Part shown: in pieces, positions 39,801-54,800 of the stretch | Numbering within the stretch: position 1 is the first letter of the stretch | Layout: the number at the start of each line of letters is the position of its first letter | Assembly: GCA_964016885.1 (NCBI GenBank) | Contig: OZ024743.1 | Coordinates: forward strand, 2,170,001 to 2,234,000 | Direction of reading: 5' to 3' | DNA: 64,000 bases | Source: Eledone cirrhosa | Lineage: Eukaryota | The notes under the pieces: model-generated | Databases searched by the model: none | Told to the model about the DNA's origin: nothing | What the model saw: only the letters and a program-made list of their open reading frames with translations | Program-made: the position numbers and the translations under genes

Positions 39801-42800
39801 GGACCAGGAGACAGTTGGATAAGGACCAGGAGACTGTTGGATAAGGACCAGGAGACTGTTGGATAAGGACCAGGAGACTGTTGGATAAGGACCAGGAGAC
39901 TGTTGGATAAGGACCAGGAGACTGTTGGATAAGGACCAGGAGACTGTTGGATAAGGACCAGGAGACAGTTGGATAAGGACCAGGAGACTGTTGGATAAGG
40001 ACCAGGAGACTGTTGGATAAGGACCAGACGACTGTTGGATAAGGACCAGGAGACAGTTGGATAAGGACCAGGAGACAGTTGGATAAGGACCAGGAGACTG
40101 TTGGATAAGGACCAGGAGACTGTTGGATAAGGACCAGACGACTGTTGGATAAGGACCAGGAGACAGTTGGATAAGGACCAGGAGACAGTTGGATAAGGAC
40201 CAGGAGACAGTTGGATAAGGACCAGGAGACTGTTGGATAAGGACCAGACGACTGTTGGATAAGGACCAGGAGACAGTTGGATAAGGACCAGGAGACAGTT
40301 GGATAAGGACCAGGAGACAGTTGGATAAGGACCAGGAGACAGTTGGATAAGGACCAGGAGACTGTTGGATAAGGACCAGACGACTGTTGGATAAGGACCA
40401 GGAGACAGTTGGATAAGGACCAGGAGACAGTTGGATAAGGACCAGGAGACAGTTGGATAAGGACCAGGAGACTGTTGGATAAGGACCAGACGACTGTTGG
40501 ATAAGGACCAGGAGACAGTTGGATAAGGACCAGGAGACAGTTGGATAAGGACCAGGAGACAGTTGGATAAGGACCAGGAGACAGTTGGATAAGGACCAGG
40601 AGACTGTTGGATAAGGACCAGGAGACAGTTGGATAAGGACCAGGAGACAGTTGGATAAGGACCAGGAGACAGTTGGATAAGGACCAGGAGACTGTTGGAT
40701 AAGAACCAGATGACAGTTGGATAAGAACCAGATGACAGTTGGATAAGGACTAGATGACAGTTGAATAAGAACCAGATGACAGTTGAATAAGAACCAGATG
40801 ACAGTTGGATAAGGACCAGATGACAGTTGAATAAGGACCAGATGACAGTTGAATAAGAACCAGATGACAGTTGAATAAGAACCAGATGACAGTTGAATAA
40901 GAACCAGATGACAGTTGAATAAGAACCAGATGACAGTTGAATAAGAACCAGATGACAGCTGCATAAGGACTAGATGACAGTTGGATAAGGACCAGATGAC
41001 AGTTGAATAAGAACCAGATGACAGCTGCATAAGGACTAGATGACAGTTGAATAAGAACCAGATGACAGTTGAATAAGAACCAGATGACAGTTGGATAAGG
41101 ACTAGATGACAGTTGAATAAGAACCAGATGACAGTTGGATAAGGACCAGATGACAGTTGGATAAGGACTAGATGACAGTGGATAAGGACTAGATGACAGT
41201 GGATAAGGACTAGATGACAGTTGAATAAGAACCAGATGACAGTTGGATAAGGACCAGGAGACAGTTGGATAAGGACTAGATGACAGTTGAATAAGGACCA
41301 GGAGACAGTTGGATAAGGACCAGATGACAGTGGATAAGGACTAGATGACAGTTGGATAAGAACCAGATGACAGTTGGATAAGGACCAGATGACAGTTGAA
41401 TAAGAACCAGATGACAGTTGAATAAGAACCAGATGACAGTTGAATAAGGACTAGATGACAGTTGGATAAGGACTAGATGACAGTTGGATAAGGACCAGGA
41501 GACAGTTGGATAAGGACCAGATGACAGTTGGATAAGGACTAGATGACAGTTGGATAAGGACCAGATGACAGTTGAATAAGAACCAGATGACAGTTGGATA
41601 AGGACTAGATGACAGTTGAATAAGGACCAGATGACAGTTGAATAAGAACCAGATGACAGTTGGATAAGGACCAGATGACAGTGGATAAGGACTAGATGAC
41701 AGTTGAATAAGAACCAGATGACAGTTGAATAAGGACCAGGAGACAGTTGGATAAGGACCAGATGACAGTTGGATAAGGACTAGATGACAGTTGAATAAGA
41801 ACCAGATGACAGTTGAATAAGGACTAGATGACAGTTGGATAAGGACCAGATGACAGTTGAATAAGAACCAGATGACAGTTGGATAAGGACCAGGAGACAG
41901 TTGGATAAGGACCAGATGACAGTGGATAAGGACTAGATGACAGTTGAATAAGAACCAGATGACAGTTGAATAAGGACTAGATGACAGTTGGATAAGGACC
42001 AGGAGACTGTTGGATAAGGACCAGGAGACTGTTGGATAAGGACCAGGAGACTGTTGGATAAGGACCAGGAGACTGTTGGATAAGGACCAGGAGACTGTTG
42101 GATAAGGACCAGGAGACTGTTGGATAAGGACCAGGAGACAGTTGGATAAGGACCAGGAGACTGTTGGATAAGGACCAGGAGACTATTGGATAAGGACCAG
42201 ACGACAGTTGGATAAGGACCAGGAGACAGTTGGATAAGGACCAGGAGACTGTTGGATAAGGACCAGGAGACTGTTGGATAAGGACCAGACGACTGTTGGA
42301 TAAGGACCAGGAGACAGTTGGATAAGGACCAGGAGACAGTTGGATAAGGACCAGGAGACAGTTGGATAAGGACCAGGAGACTGTTGGATAAGGACCAGAC
42401 GACTGTTGGATAAGGACCAGGAGACAGTTGGATAAGGACCAGGAGACAGTTGGATAAGGACCAGGAGACAGTTGGATAAGGACCAGGAGACTGTTGCATA
42501 AGGACCAGACGACTGTTGGATAAGGACCAGGAGACAGTTGGATAAGGACCAGGAGACAGTTGGATAAGGACCAGGAGACAGTTGGATAAGGACCAGGAGA
42601 CAGTTGGATAAGGACCAGGAGACAGTTGGATAAGGACCAGGAGACTGTTGGATAAGGACCAGGAGACTGTTGGATAAGGACCAGGAGACTGTTGGATAAG
42701 GACCAGACGACTGTTGGATAAGGACCAGGAGACAGTTGGATAAGGACCAGGAGACAGTTGGATAAGGACCAGGAGACAGTTGGATAAGGACCAGGAGACA

Positions 42801-45800
42801 GTTGGATAAGGACCAGGAGACTGTTGGATAAGGACCAGGAGACAGTTGGATAAGGACCAGACGACTGTTGGATAAGGACCAGGAGACAGTTGGATAAGGA
42901 CCAGGAGACTGTTGGATAAGGACCAGACGACTGTTGGATAAGGAGCAGGAGACAGTTGGATAAGGACCAGGAGACAGTTGGATAAGGACCAGGAGACAGT
43001 TGGATAAGGACCAGGAGACTGTTGGATAAGGACCAGACGACTGTTGGATAAGGACCAGGAGACAGTTGGATAAGGACCAGGAGACAGTTGGATAAGGACC
43101 AGGAGACAGTTGGATAAGGACCAGGAGACTGTTGGATAAGGACCAGACGACTGTTGGATAAGGACCAGGAGACAGTTGGATAAGGACCAGGAGACAGTTG
43201 GATAAGGACCAGGAGACAGTTGGATAAGGACCAGGAGACAGTTGGATAAGGACCAGGAGACTGTTGGATAAGGACCAGGAGACAGTTGGATAAGGACCAG
43301 GAGACAGTTGGATAAGGACCAGGAGACTGTTGGATAAGGACCAGACGACTGTTGGATAAGAACCAGGAGACAGTTGGATAAGGACCAGGAGACTGTTGGA
43401 TAAGGACCAGACGACTGTTGGATAAGGACCAGGAGACAGTTGGATAAGGACCAGGAGACAGTTGGATAAGGACCAGGAGACAGTTGGATAAGGACCAGGA
43501 GACTGTTGGATAAGAACCAGATGACAGTTGGATAAGAACCAGATGACAGTTGGATAAGGACTAGATGACAGTTGAATAAGAACCAGATGACAGTTGAATA
43601 AGAACCAGATGACAGTTGGATAAGGACCAGATGACAGTTGAATAAGAACCAGATGACAGTTGAATAAGAACCAGATGACAGTTGAATAAGAACCAGATGA
43701 CAGTTGAATAAGAACCAGATGACAGTTGAATAAGAACCAGATGACAGCTGCATAAGGACTAGATGACAGTTGGATAAGGACCAGATGACAGTTGAATAAG
43801 AACCAGATGACAGCTGCATAAGGACTAGATGACAGTTGAATAAGAACCAGATGACAGTTGAATAAGAACCAGATGACAGTTGGATAAGGACTAGATGACA
43901 GTTGAATAAGAACCAGATGACAGTTGGATAAGGACTAGATGACAGTTGAATAAGAACCAGATGACAGTTGAATAAGAACCAGATGACAGTTGAATAAGAA
44001 CCAGATGACAGTTGGATAAGGACCAGGAGACAGTTGGATAAGAACCAGATGACAGTTGGATAAGAACCAGATGACAGTTGGATAAGGACTAGATGACAGT
44101 TGGATAAGAACCAGATGACAGTTGGATAAGGACGAGATGACAGTTGGATAAGGACTAGATGACAGTGGATAAGGACTAGATGACAGTGGATAAGGACTAG
44201 ATGACAGTTGAATAAGAACCAGATGACAGTTGGATAAGGACCAGGAGACAGTTGGATAAGGACTAGATGACAGTTGAATAAGGACCAGGAGACAGTTGGA
44301 TAAGGACCAGATGACAGTGGATAAGGACTAGATGACAGTTGGATAAGAACCAGATGACAGTTGGATAAGGACCAGATGACAGTTGAATAAGAACCAGATG
44401 ACAGTTGAATAAGAACCAGATGACAGTTGAATAAGGACTAGATGACAGTTGGATAAGGACTAGATGACAGTTGGATAAGGACCAGGAGACAGTTGGATAA
44501 GGACCAGATGACAGTTGGATAAGGACTAGATGACAGTTGGATAAGGACCAGATGACAGTTGAATAAGAACCAGATGACAGTTGGATAAGGACTAGATGAC
44601 AGTTGAATAAGGACCAGATGACAGTTGAATAAGAACCAGATGACAGTTGGATAAGGACCAGATGACAGTGGATAAGGACTAGATGACAGTTGAATAAGAA
44701 CCAGATGACAGTTGAATAAGGACCAGGAGACAGTTGGATAAGGACCAGATGACAGTTGGATAAGGACTAGATGACAGTTGAATAAGAACCAGATGACAGT
44801 TGAATAAGGACTAGATGACAGTTGGATAAGGACCAGATGACAGTTGAATAAGAACCAGATGACAGTTGGATAAGGACCAGGAGACAGTTGGATAAGGACC
44901 AGATGACAGTGGATAAGGACTAGATGACAGTTGAATAAGAACCAGATGACAGTTGAATAAGGACTAGATGACAGTTGGATAAGGACCAGATGACAGTGGA
45001 TAAGGACTAGATGACAGTTGAATAAGAACCAGATGACAGTTGGATAAGGACTAGATGACAGTTGGATAAGGACTAGATGACAGTTGGATAAGGACTAGAT
45101 GACAGTTGGATAAGGACTAGATGACAGTTGAATAAGGACTAGATGACAGTTGATAAGGACCAGGAGACAGTTGGATAAGGACCAGATGACAGTTGATAAG
45201 GACCAGGAGACAGTTGGATAAGGACCAGATGACAGTTGGATAAGGACCAGATGACAGTTGGATAAGGACTAGATGACAGTTGATAAGGACCAGGAGACTA
45301 TTGGATAAGAACCAGATGACAGCTGCATAAGAAGCAGATGACAGTTGGATAAGGACTAGATGACAGTTGAATAAGAACCAGATGACAGTTGAATAAGAAC
45401 CAGATGACAGTTGGATAAGGACTAGATGACAGTTGAATAAGAACCAGATGACAGTTGGATAAGTACTAGATGACAGTTGAATAAGAACCAGATGATAGTT
45501 GAATAAGAACCAGATGACAGTTGGATAAGAACCAGATGACAGTTGGATAAGAACCAGATGACAGTTGGATAAGAACCAGATGACAGCTGGATAAGAACCA
45601 GATGACAGCTGGATAAGAACCAGATGACAGTTGGATAAGAACCAGATGACAGTTGGATAAGAACCAGATGACAGTTGGATAAGAACCAGATGACAGTTGG
45701 ATAAGAACCAGATGACAGTTGGATAAGAACCAGATGACAGTTGGATAAGGACTAGATGACAGTTGAATAAGAACCAGATGACAGTTGGATAAGAACCAGA

Positions 45801-48800
45801 TGACAGTTGGATAAGGACTAGATGACAGTTGAATAAGAACCAGATGACAGTTGAATAAGAACCAGATGACAGTTGGATAAGGACCAGATGACAGTTGAAT
45901 AAGAACCAGATGACAGTTGAATAAGAACCAGATGACAGTTGAATAAAGACCAGATGACAGCTGCATAAGGACTAGATGACAGTTGGATAAGGACCAGATG
46001 ACAGTTGATAAGGACAAGGAGACAGTTGGATAAGGACCAGATGACAGTTGGATAAGGACCAGATGACAGTTGGATAAGGACTAGATGACAGTTGGATAAG
46101 GACTAGATGACAGTTGGATAAGGACCAGACGACTGTTGGATAAGGACCAGGAGACTATTGGATAAGGACCAGATGACAGTTGGATAAGGACCAGATGACA
46201 GTTGGATAAGGACTAGATGACAGTTGGATAAGGACTAGATGACAGTTGGATAAGGACCAGGAGACAGTTGGATAAGGACTAGATGACAGTTGGATAAGGA
46301 CCAGGAGACAGTTGGATAAGGACCAGATGACAGTGGATAAGGACTAGATGACAGTTGGATAAGGACCAGACGACTGTTGGATAAGGACCAGGAGACTATT
46401 GGATAAGGACCAGGAGACAGTTGGACAAGGACCAGATGACAGTTGGATAAGGACTAGATGACAGTTGGATAAGGACTAGATGACAGTTGGATAAGGACCA
46501 GGAGACAGTTGGATAAGGACTAGATGACAGTTGGATAAGGACCAGGAGACAGTTGGATAAGGACCAGATGACAGTGGATAAGGACTAGATGACAGTTGGA
46601 TAAGGACTAGATGACTGTTGATAAGGACCAGGAGACTATTGGATAAGAACCAGATGACAGCTGCATAAGAACCAGATGACAGTTGGATAATGACTAGATG
46701 ACAGTTGAATAAGAACTAGATGACAGTTGGATAAGGACTAGATGACAGTTGGATAAGGACTAGATGACAGTTGGATAAGGACCAGGAGACAGTTGGATAA
46801 GGACCAGATGACAGTTGGATAAGGACTAGACGACAGTTGGATAAGGACCAGATGACAGTTGGATAAGGACCAGGAGACAGTTGGATAAGGACCAGATGAC
46901 AGTTGGATAAGGACCAGGAGACAGTTGGATAAGGACCAGATGACAGTTGGATAAGGACCAGGAGACAGTTGGATAAGGACCAGATGACAGTTGGATATGG
47001 ACTAGACGACAGTTGGATAAGGACCAGATGACAGTTGGATAAGGACTAGATGACAGTTGGATAAGGACCAGGAGACAGTTGGATAAGGACCAGATGACAG
47101 TTGGATAAGGACCAGATGACAGTTGGATAAGGACCAGGAGACAGTTGGATAAGGACCAGATGACAGTTGGATAAGGACCAGATGACAGTTGGATAAGGAC
47201 CAGATGACAGTTGGATAAGGACCAGATGACAGTTGAATAAGAACTAGATGACAGTTGGATAAGAACCAGATGACAGTTGGATAAGGACCAGATGACAGTT
47301 GGATAAGGACCAGATGACAGTTGAATAAGGACTAGATGACAGTTGGATAAGGACCAGGAGACTATTGGATAAGGACCAGATGACAGTTGGATAAGGACTA
47401 GATGACAGTTGGATAAGGACCAGGAGACAGTTGGATAAGGACCAGGAGACAGTTGGATAAGGACCAGGAGACAGTTGGATAAGGACCAGGAGACAGTTGG
47501 ATAAGGACCAGATGACAGTTGGATAAGGACCAGATGACAGTTGAATAAGGACTAGATGACAGTTGGATAAGGACCAGGAGACTATTGGATAAGGACCAGA
47601 TGACAGTTGGATAAGGACTAGATGACAGTTGGATAAGGACCAGGAGACAGTTGGATAAGGACCAGATGACAGTTGGATAAGGACCAGGAGACAGTTGGAT
47701 AAGGACCAGATGACAGTTGGATAAGGACCAGATGACAGTTGGATAAGGACCAGATGACAGTTGACAAGGACCAGATGACAGTTGGATAAGGACCAGGAGA
47801 CAGTTGGATAAGGACTAGATGACAGTTGGATAAGGACCAGGAGACAGTTGGATAAGGACTAGATGACAGTTGGATAAGGACCAGACGACAGTTGGATAAG
47901 GGCCAGACGACAGTTGGATAAGGGCCAGACTACAGTTGGATAAGGACCAGGAAACTGTTGGATAAGGACCAGGAAACTGTTGGATAAGGACCAGGAGACA
48001 GTTGGATAAGGACCAGGAGACTGTTGGATAAGGACCAGGAGACTTGGATAAGGACCAGGAGACTGTTGGATAAGGACCAGACGACTGTTGGATAAGGACC
48101 AGGAGACAGTTGGATAAGGACCAGGAGACAGTTGGATAAGGACTAGATGACAGTTGGATAAGGACTAGATGACAGTGGACAAGGACTAGATGACAGTTGG
48201 ATAAGGACCAGACGACAGTTGGATAAGGGGCAGACGACAGTTGGATAAGGACCAGGAAACTGTTGGATAAAGACCAGGAGACAGTTGGATAAGGACCAGG
48301 AGACTGTTGGATAAGGGCCAGACGACAGTTGGATAAGGACCAGGAAACTGTTGGATAAGGACCAGGAGACAGTTGGATAAGGACCAGGAGACTGTTGGAT
48401 AAGGACCAGACGACTGTTGGATAAGGACCAGGAGACAGTTGGATAAGGGCCAGACGACAGTTGGATAAGGGCCAGACGACAGTTGGATAAGGGCCAGACG
48501 ACAGTTGGATAAGGGCCAGACGACAGTTGGATAAGGACCAGGAGACAGTTGGATAAGGACCAGGAGACTGTTGGATAAGGACCAGGAGACTGTTGGATAA
48601 GGACCAGGAGACTGTTGGATAAGGACCAGGAGACTGTTGGATAAGGACCAGGAGACTGTTGGATAAGGACCAGGAGACTGTTGGATAAGGACCAGGAGAC
48701 TGTTGGATAAGGACCAGGAGACAGTTGGATAAGGACCAGGAGACAGTTGGATAAGGACCAGGAGACTGTTGGATAAGGACCAGGAGACTGTTGGATAAGG

Positions 48801-51800
48801 ACCAGACGACTGTTGGATAAGGACCAGGAGACTGTTGGATAAGGACCAGACGACTGTTGGATAAGGACCAGGAGACAGTTGGATAAGGACCAGGAGACTG
48901 TTGGATAAGGACCAGGAGACTGTTGGATAAGGACCAGGAGACTGTTGGATAAGGACCAGGAGACAGTTGGATAAGGACCAGGAGACTATTGGATAAGGAC
49001 CAGACGACTGTTGGATAAGGACCAGGAGACTGTTGGATAAGGACCAGACGACTGTTGGATAAGGACCAGGAGACTGTTGGATAAGGACCAGGAGACTGTT
49101 GGATAAGGACCAGGAGACAGTTGGATAACACCAGGAGACAGTTGGATAAGGACCAGGAGACTATTGGATAAGGACCAGGAGACTGTTGGATAAGGACCAG
49201 ACGACTGTTGGATAAGGACCAGGAGACTGTTGGATAAGGACCAGACGACTGTTGGATAAGGACCAGGAGACTGTTGGATAAGGACCAGGAGACTGTTGGA
49301 TAAGGACCAGGAGACTGTTGGATAAGGACCAGGAGACTGTTGGATAAGGACCAGGAGACTGTTGGATAAGGACCAGGAGACAGTTGGATAAGGACCAGGA
49401 GACAGTTGGATAAGGACCAGGAGACTATTGGATAAGGACCAGGAGACTGTTGGATAAGGACCAGACGACTGTTGGATAAGGACCAGGAGACTGTTGGATA
49501 AGGACCAGGAGACAGTTGGATAAGGACCAGAAGACAGTTGGATAAGGACCAGGAGACTGTTGGATAAGGACCAGGAGACTGTTGGATAAGGACCAGGAGA
49601 CAGTTGGATAAGGACCAGGAGACAGTTGGATAAGGACCAGACGAAAGTAGGATAAGGACCAGGAGACTGTTGGATAAGGACCAGGAGACAGTTGGATAAG
49701 GACCAGGAGACTGTTGGATAAGGACCAGACGACTGTTGGATAAGGACCAGGAGACTGTTGGATAAGGACCAGGAGACTATTGGATAAGGACCAGGAGACT
49801 GTTGGATAAGGACCAGGAGACAGTTGGATAAGGACCAGGAGACAGTTGGATAAGGACCAGACGAAAGTAGGATAAGGACCAGGAGACTGTTGGATAAGGA
49901 CCAGGAGACTGTTGGATAAGGACCAGGAGACAGTTGGATAAGGACCAGACGAAAGTAGGATAAGGACCAGACGAAAGTAGGATAAGGACCAGGAGACTGT
50001 TGGATAAGGACCAGGAGACTGTTGGATAAGGACCAGACGACTGTTGGATAAGGACCAGGAGACTGTTGGATAAGGACCAGGAGACAGTTGGATAAGGACC
50101 AGGAGACAGTTGGATAAGGACCAGGAGACTGTTGGATAAGGACCAGGAGACTGTTGGATAAGGACCAGGAGACAGTTGGATAAGGACCAGGAGACAGTTG
50201 GATAAGGACCAGGAGACTGTTGGATAAGGACCAGACGAAAGTAGGATAAGGACCAGGAGACTGTTGGATAAGGACCAGGAGACTGTTGGATAAGGACCAG
50301 GAGACAGTTGGATAAGGACCAGACGAAAGTAGGATAAGGACCAGACGAAAGTAGGATAAGGACCAGGAGACTGTTGGATAAGGACCAGGAGACTGTTGGA
50401 TAAGGACCAGGAGACTGTTGGATAAGGACCAGGAGACTGTTGGATAAGGACCAGGAGACAGTTGGATAAGGACCAGACGAAAGTAGGATAAGGACCAGAC
50501 GAAAGTAGGATAAGGACCAGGAGACTGTTGGATAAGGACCAGGAGACTGTTGGATAAGGACCAGGAGACTGTTGGATAAGGACCAGGAGACTGTTGGATA
50601 AGGACCAGGAGACTGTTGGCTAAGGACCAGGAGACTGTTGGATAAGGACCAGACGAAAGTAGGATAAGGACCAGACGAAAGTAGGATAAGGACCAGGAGA
50701 CTGTTGGATAAGGACCAGGAGACTGTTGGATAAGGACCAGGAGACTGTTGGATAAGGACCAGGAGACTGTTGGATAAGGACCAGGAGACTGTTGGATAAG
50801 GACCAGACGAAAGTAGGATAAGGACCAGACGAAAGTAGGATAAGGACCAGGAGACTGTTGGATAAGGACCAGGAGACTGTTGGATAAGGACCAGGAGACT
50901 GTTGGATAAGGACCAGGAGACTGTTGGATAAGGACCAGGAGACTGTTGGATAAGGACCAGGAGACTGTTGGATAAGGACCAGGAGACAGTTGGATAAGGA
51001 CCAGGAGACTGTTGGATAAGGACCAGACGAAAGTAGGATAAGGACCAGACGAAAGTAGGATAAGGACCAGGAGACTGTTGGATAAGGACCAGGAGACAGT
51101 TGGATAAGGACCAGACGACTGTTGGATAAGGACCAGGAGACTGTTGGATAAGGACCAGGAGACTGTCGGATAAGGACCAGACGACTGTTGGATAAGGACC
51201 AGGAGACAGTTGGATAAGGACCAGGAGACAGTTGGATAAGGACCAGGAGACAGCTGGATAAGGACCAGGAGACTGTTGGATAAGGACCAGGAGACTGTTG
51301 GATAAGGACCAGGAGACTGTTGGATAAGGACCAGGAGACAGTTGGATAAGGACCAGGAGACAGTTGGATAAGGACCAGGAGACAGTTGGATAAGGACCAG
51401 GAGACAGCTGGATAAGGACCAGGAGACTGTTGGATAAGGACCAGGAGACAGTTGGATAAGGACCAGGAGACAGTTGGATAAGGACCAGGAGACAGTTGGA
51501 TAAGGACCAGGAGACAGTTGGATAAGGACCAGGAGACAGTTGGATAAGGACCAGGAGACAGTTGGATAAGGACCAGGAGACTGTTGGATAAGGACCAGGA
51601 GACAGTTGGATAAGGACCAGGAGACTGTTGGATAAGGACCAGACGAAAGTAGGATAAGGACCAGGAGACTGTTGGATAAGGACCAGGAGACAGTTGGATA
51701 AGGACCAGGAGACAGTTGGATAAGGACCAGGAGACAGTTGGATAAGGACCAGGAGACTGTTGGATAAGGACCAGGAGACAGTTGGATAAGGACCAGGAGA

Positions 51801-54800
51801 CTGTTGGATAAGGACCAGACGAAAGTAGGATAAGGACCAGGAGACTGTTGGATAAGGACCAGGAGACTGTTGGATAAGGACCAGGAGACTGTTGGATAAG
51901 GACCAGGAGACAGTTGGATAAGGACCAGGAGACTGTTGGATAAGGACCAGGAGACAGTTGGATAAGGACCAGGAGACAGTTGGATAAGGACCAGGAGACA
52001 GTTGGATAAGGACCAGGAGACTGTTGGATAAGGACCAGGAGACAGTTGGATAAGGACCAGATGACTGTTGGATAAGGACCAGGAGACTGTTGGATGAGGA
52101 CCAGGAGACAGTTGGATAAGGGCCAGACGACTGTTGGATAAGGACCAGGAGACAGTTGGATAAGGACCAGGAGACTGTTGGATGAGGACCAGGAGACTGT
52201 TGGATAAGGACCAGGAGACAGTTGGATAAGGACCAGGAGACAGTTGGATAAGGACCAGGAGACTGTTGGATGAGGACCAGGAGACAGTTGGATAAGGGCC
52301 AGACGACTGTTGGATAAGGACCAGGAGACAGTTGGATAAGGACCAGGAGACAGTTGGATAAGGACCAGGAGACTGTTGGATAAGGACCAGACGAAAGTAG
52401 GATAAGGACCAGGAGACTGTTGGATAAGGACCAGGAGACAGTTGGATAAGGACCAGGAGACTGTTTGATAAGGACCAGGAGACCGTTGGATAAGGACCAG
52501 ACGAAAGTAGGATAAGGACCAGGAGACTGTTGGATAAGGACCAGGAGACTGTTGGATAAGGACCAGGAGACAGTTGGATAAGGACCAGGAGACAGTTGGA
52601 TAAGGACCAGACGACTGTTGGATAAGGACCAGGAGACAGTTGGATAAGGACCAGGAGACAGTTGGATAAGGACCAGGAGACTGTTGGATAAGGACCAGGA
52701 GACTGTTGGATAAGGACCAGACGACTGTTGGATAAGGACCAGGAGACAGTTGGATAAGGACCAGGAGACAGTTGGATAAGGACCAGGAGACTGTTGGATA
52801 AGGACCAGGAGACTGTTGGATAAGGACCAGGAGACTGTTGGATAAGGACCAGACGACTGTTGGATAAGGACCAGGAGACAGTTGGATAAGGACCAGGAGA
52901 CAGTTAGGATAAGGACCAGACGACTGTTGGATAAGGACCAGGAGACTGTTGGATAAGGACCAGACGACTGTTGGATAAGGACCAGGAGACAGTTGGATAA
53001 GGACCAGGAGACAGTTGGATAAGGACCAGGAGACAGTTGGATAAGGACCAGGAGACAGTTGGATAAGGACCAGGAGACTGTTGGATAAGGACCAGGAGAC
53101 TGTTGGATAAGGACCAGGAGACAGTTGGATAAGGACCAGGAGACAGTTGGATAAGGACCAGGAGACAGTTGGATAAGGACCAGGAGACAGTTGGATAAGG
53201 ACCAGGAGACAGTTGGATAAGGACCAGGAGACTGTTGGATAAGGACCAGGAGACTGTTGGATAAGGACCAGGAGACTGTTGGATAAGGACCAGGAGACAG
53301 TTGGATAAGGACCAGGAGACTGTTGGATAAGGACCAGGAGACAGTTGGATAAGGACCAGGAGACAGTTGGATAAGGACCAGGAGACTGTTGGATAAGGAC
53401 CAGGAGACAGTTGGATAAGGACCAGACGACTGTTGGATAAGGACCAGGAGACTGTTGGATGAGGACCAGGAGACAGTTGGATAAGGGCCAGACGACTGTT
53501 GGATAAGGACCAGGAGACAGTTGGATAAGGACCAGGAGACTGTTGGATGAGGACCAGGAGACTGTTGGATAAGGACCAGGAGACAGTTGGATAAGGACCA
53601 GGAGACAGTTGGATAAGGACCAGGAGACAGTTGGATAAGGACCAGGAGACTGTTGGATGAGGACCAGGAGACAGTTGGATAAGGGCCAGACGACTGTTGG
53701 ATAAGGACCAGGAGACAGTTGGATAAGGACCAGGAGACTGTTGGATAAGGACCAGGAGACTGTTGGATGAGGACCAGGAGACAGTTGGATAAGGACCAGG
53801 AGACTGTTGGATGAGGACCAGGAGACTGTTGGATAAGGACCAGGAGACAGTTGGATAAGGACCAGGAGACAGTTGGATAAGGACCAGGAGACTGTTGGAT
53901 GAGGACCAGGAGACAGTTGGATAAGGGCCAGACGACTGTTGGATAAGGACCAGGAGACAGTTGGATAAGGACCAGGAGACTGTTGGATAAGGACCAGGAG
54001 ACAGTTGGATAAGGACCAGGAGACTGTTGGATGAGGACCAGGAGACAGTTGGATAAGGGCCAGACGACTGTTGGATAAGGACCAGGAGACAGTTGGATGA
54101 GGACCAGGAGACTGTTGGATAAGGACCAGGAGACTGTTGGATGAGGACCAGGAGACTGTTGGATAAGGGACAGGAGACTGTTGGATGAGGACCAGGAGAC
54201 AGTTGGATAAGGACCAGGAGACTGTTGGATGAGGATCAGGAGACTGTTGGATAAGGACCAGGAGACAGTTGGATAAGGACCAGACGACAGTTGGATAAGG
54301 GCCAGGAGACTGTTGGATAAGGACCAGGAGACAGTTGGATAAGGACCAGGAGACTATTGGATAAGGACCAGACGACTGTTGGATAAGGACCAGGAGACAG
54401 TTGGATAAGGACCAGGAGACTGTTGGATAAGGACCAGGAGACTGTTGGATAAGGACCAGGAGACTGTTGGATAAGGACCAGGAGACAGTTGGATAAGGAC
54501 CAGGAGACTGTTGGATAAGGACCAGGAGACTGTTGGATAAGGACCAGGAGACAGTTGGATAAGGACCAGGAGACAGTTGGATAAGGACCAGGAGACTGTT
54601 GGATAAGGACCAGGAGACAGTTGGATAAGGACCAGACGACTGTTGGATAAGGACCAGGAGACTGTTAGATGAGGACCAGGAGACAGTTGGATAAGGGCCA
54701 GACGACTGTTGGATGAGGACCAGGAGACAGTTGGATGAGGACCAGGAGACTGTTGGATAAGGACCAGGAGACTGTTGGATGAGGACCAGGAGACAGTTGG

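Noticed and set aside
31467-49131. Long minus-strand ORFs (up to 628 aa) of LVLIQLSSGSYPTVIW repeats as genuine genes
   Set aside because: They are translations of a 22-bp unit that is not a multiple of 3. Starts and stops come from sporadic variants, 21-nt units shift the frame freely, and there is no codon-position bias.
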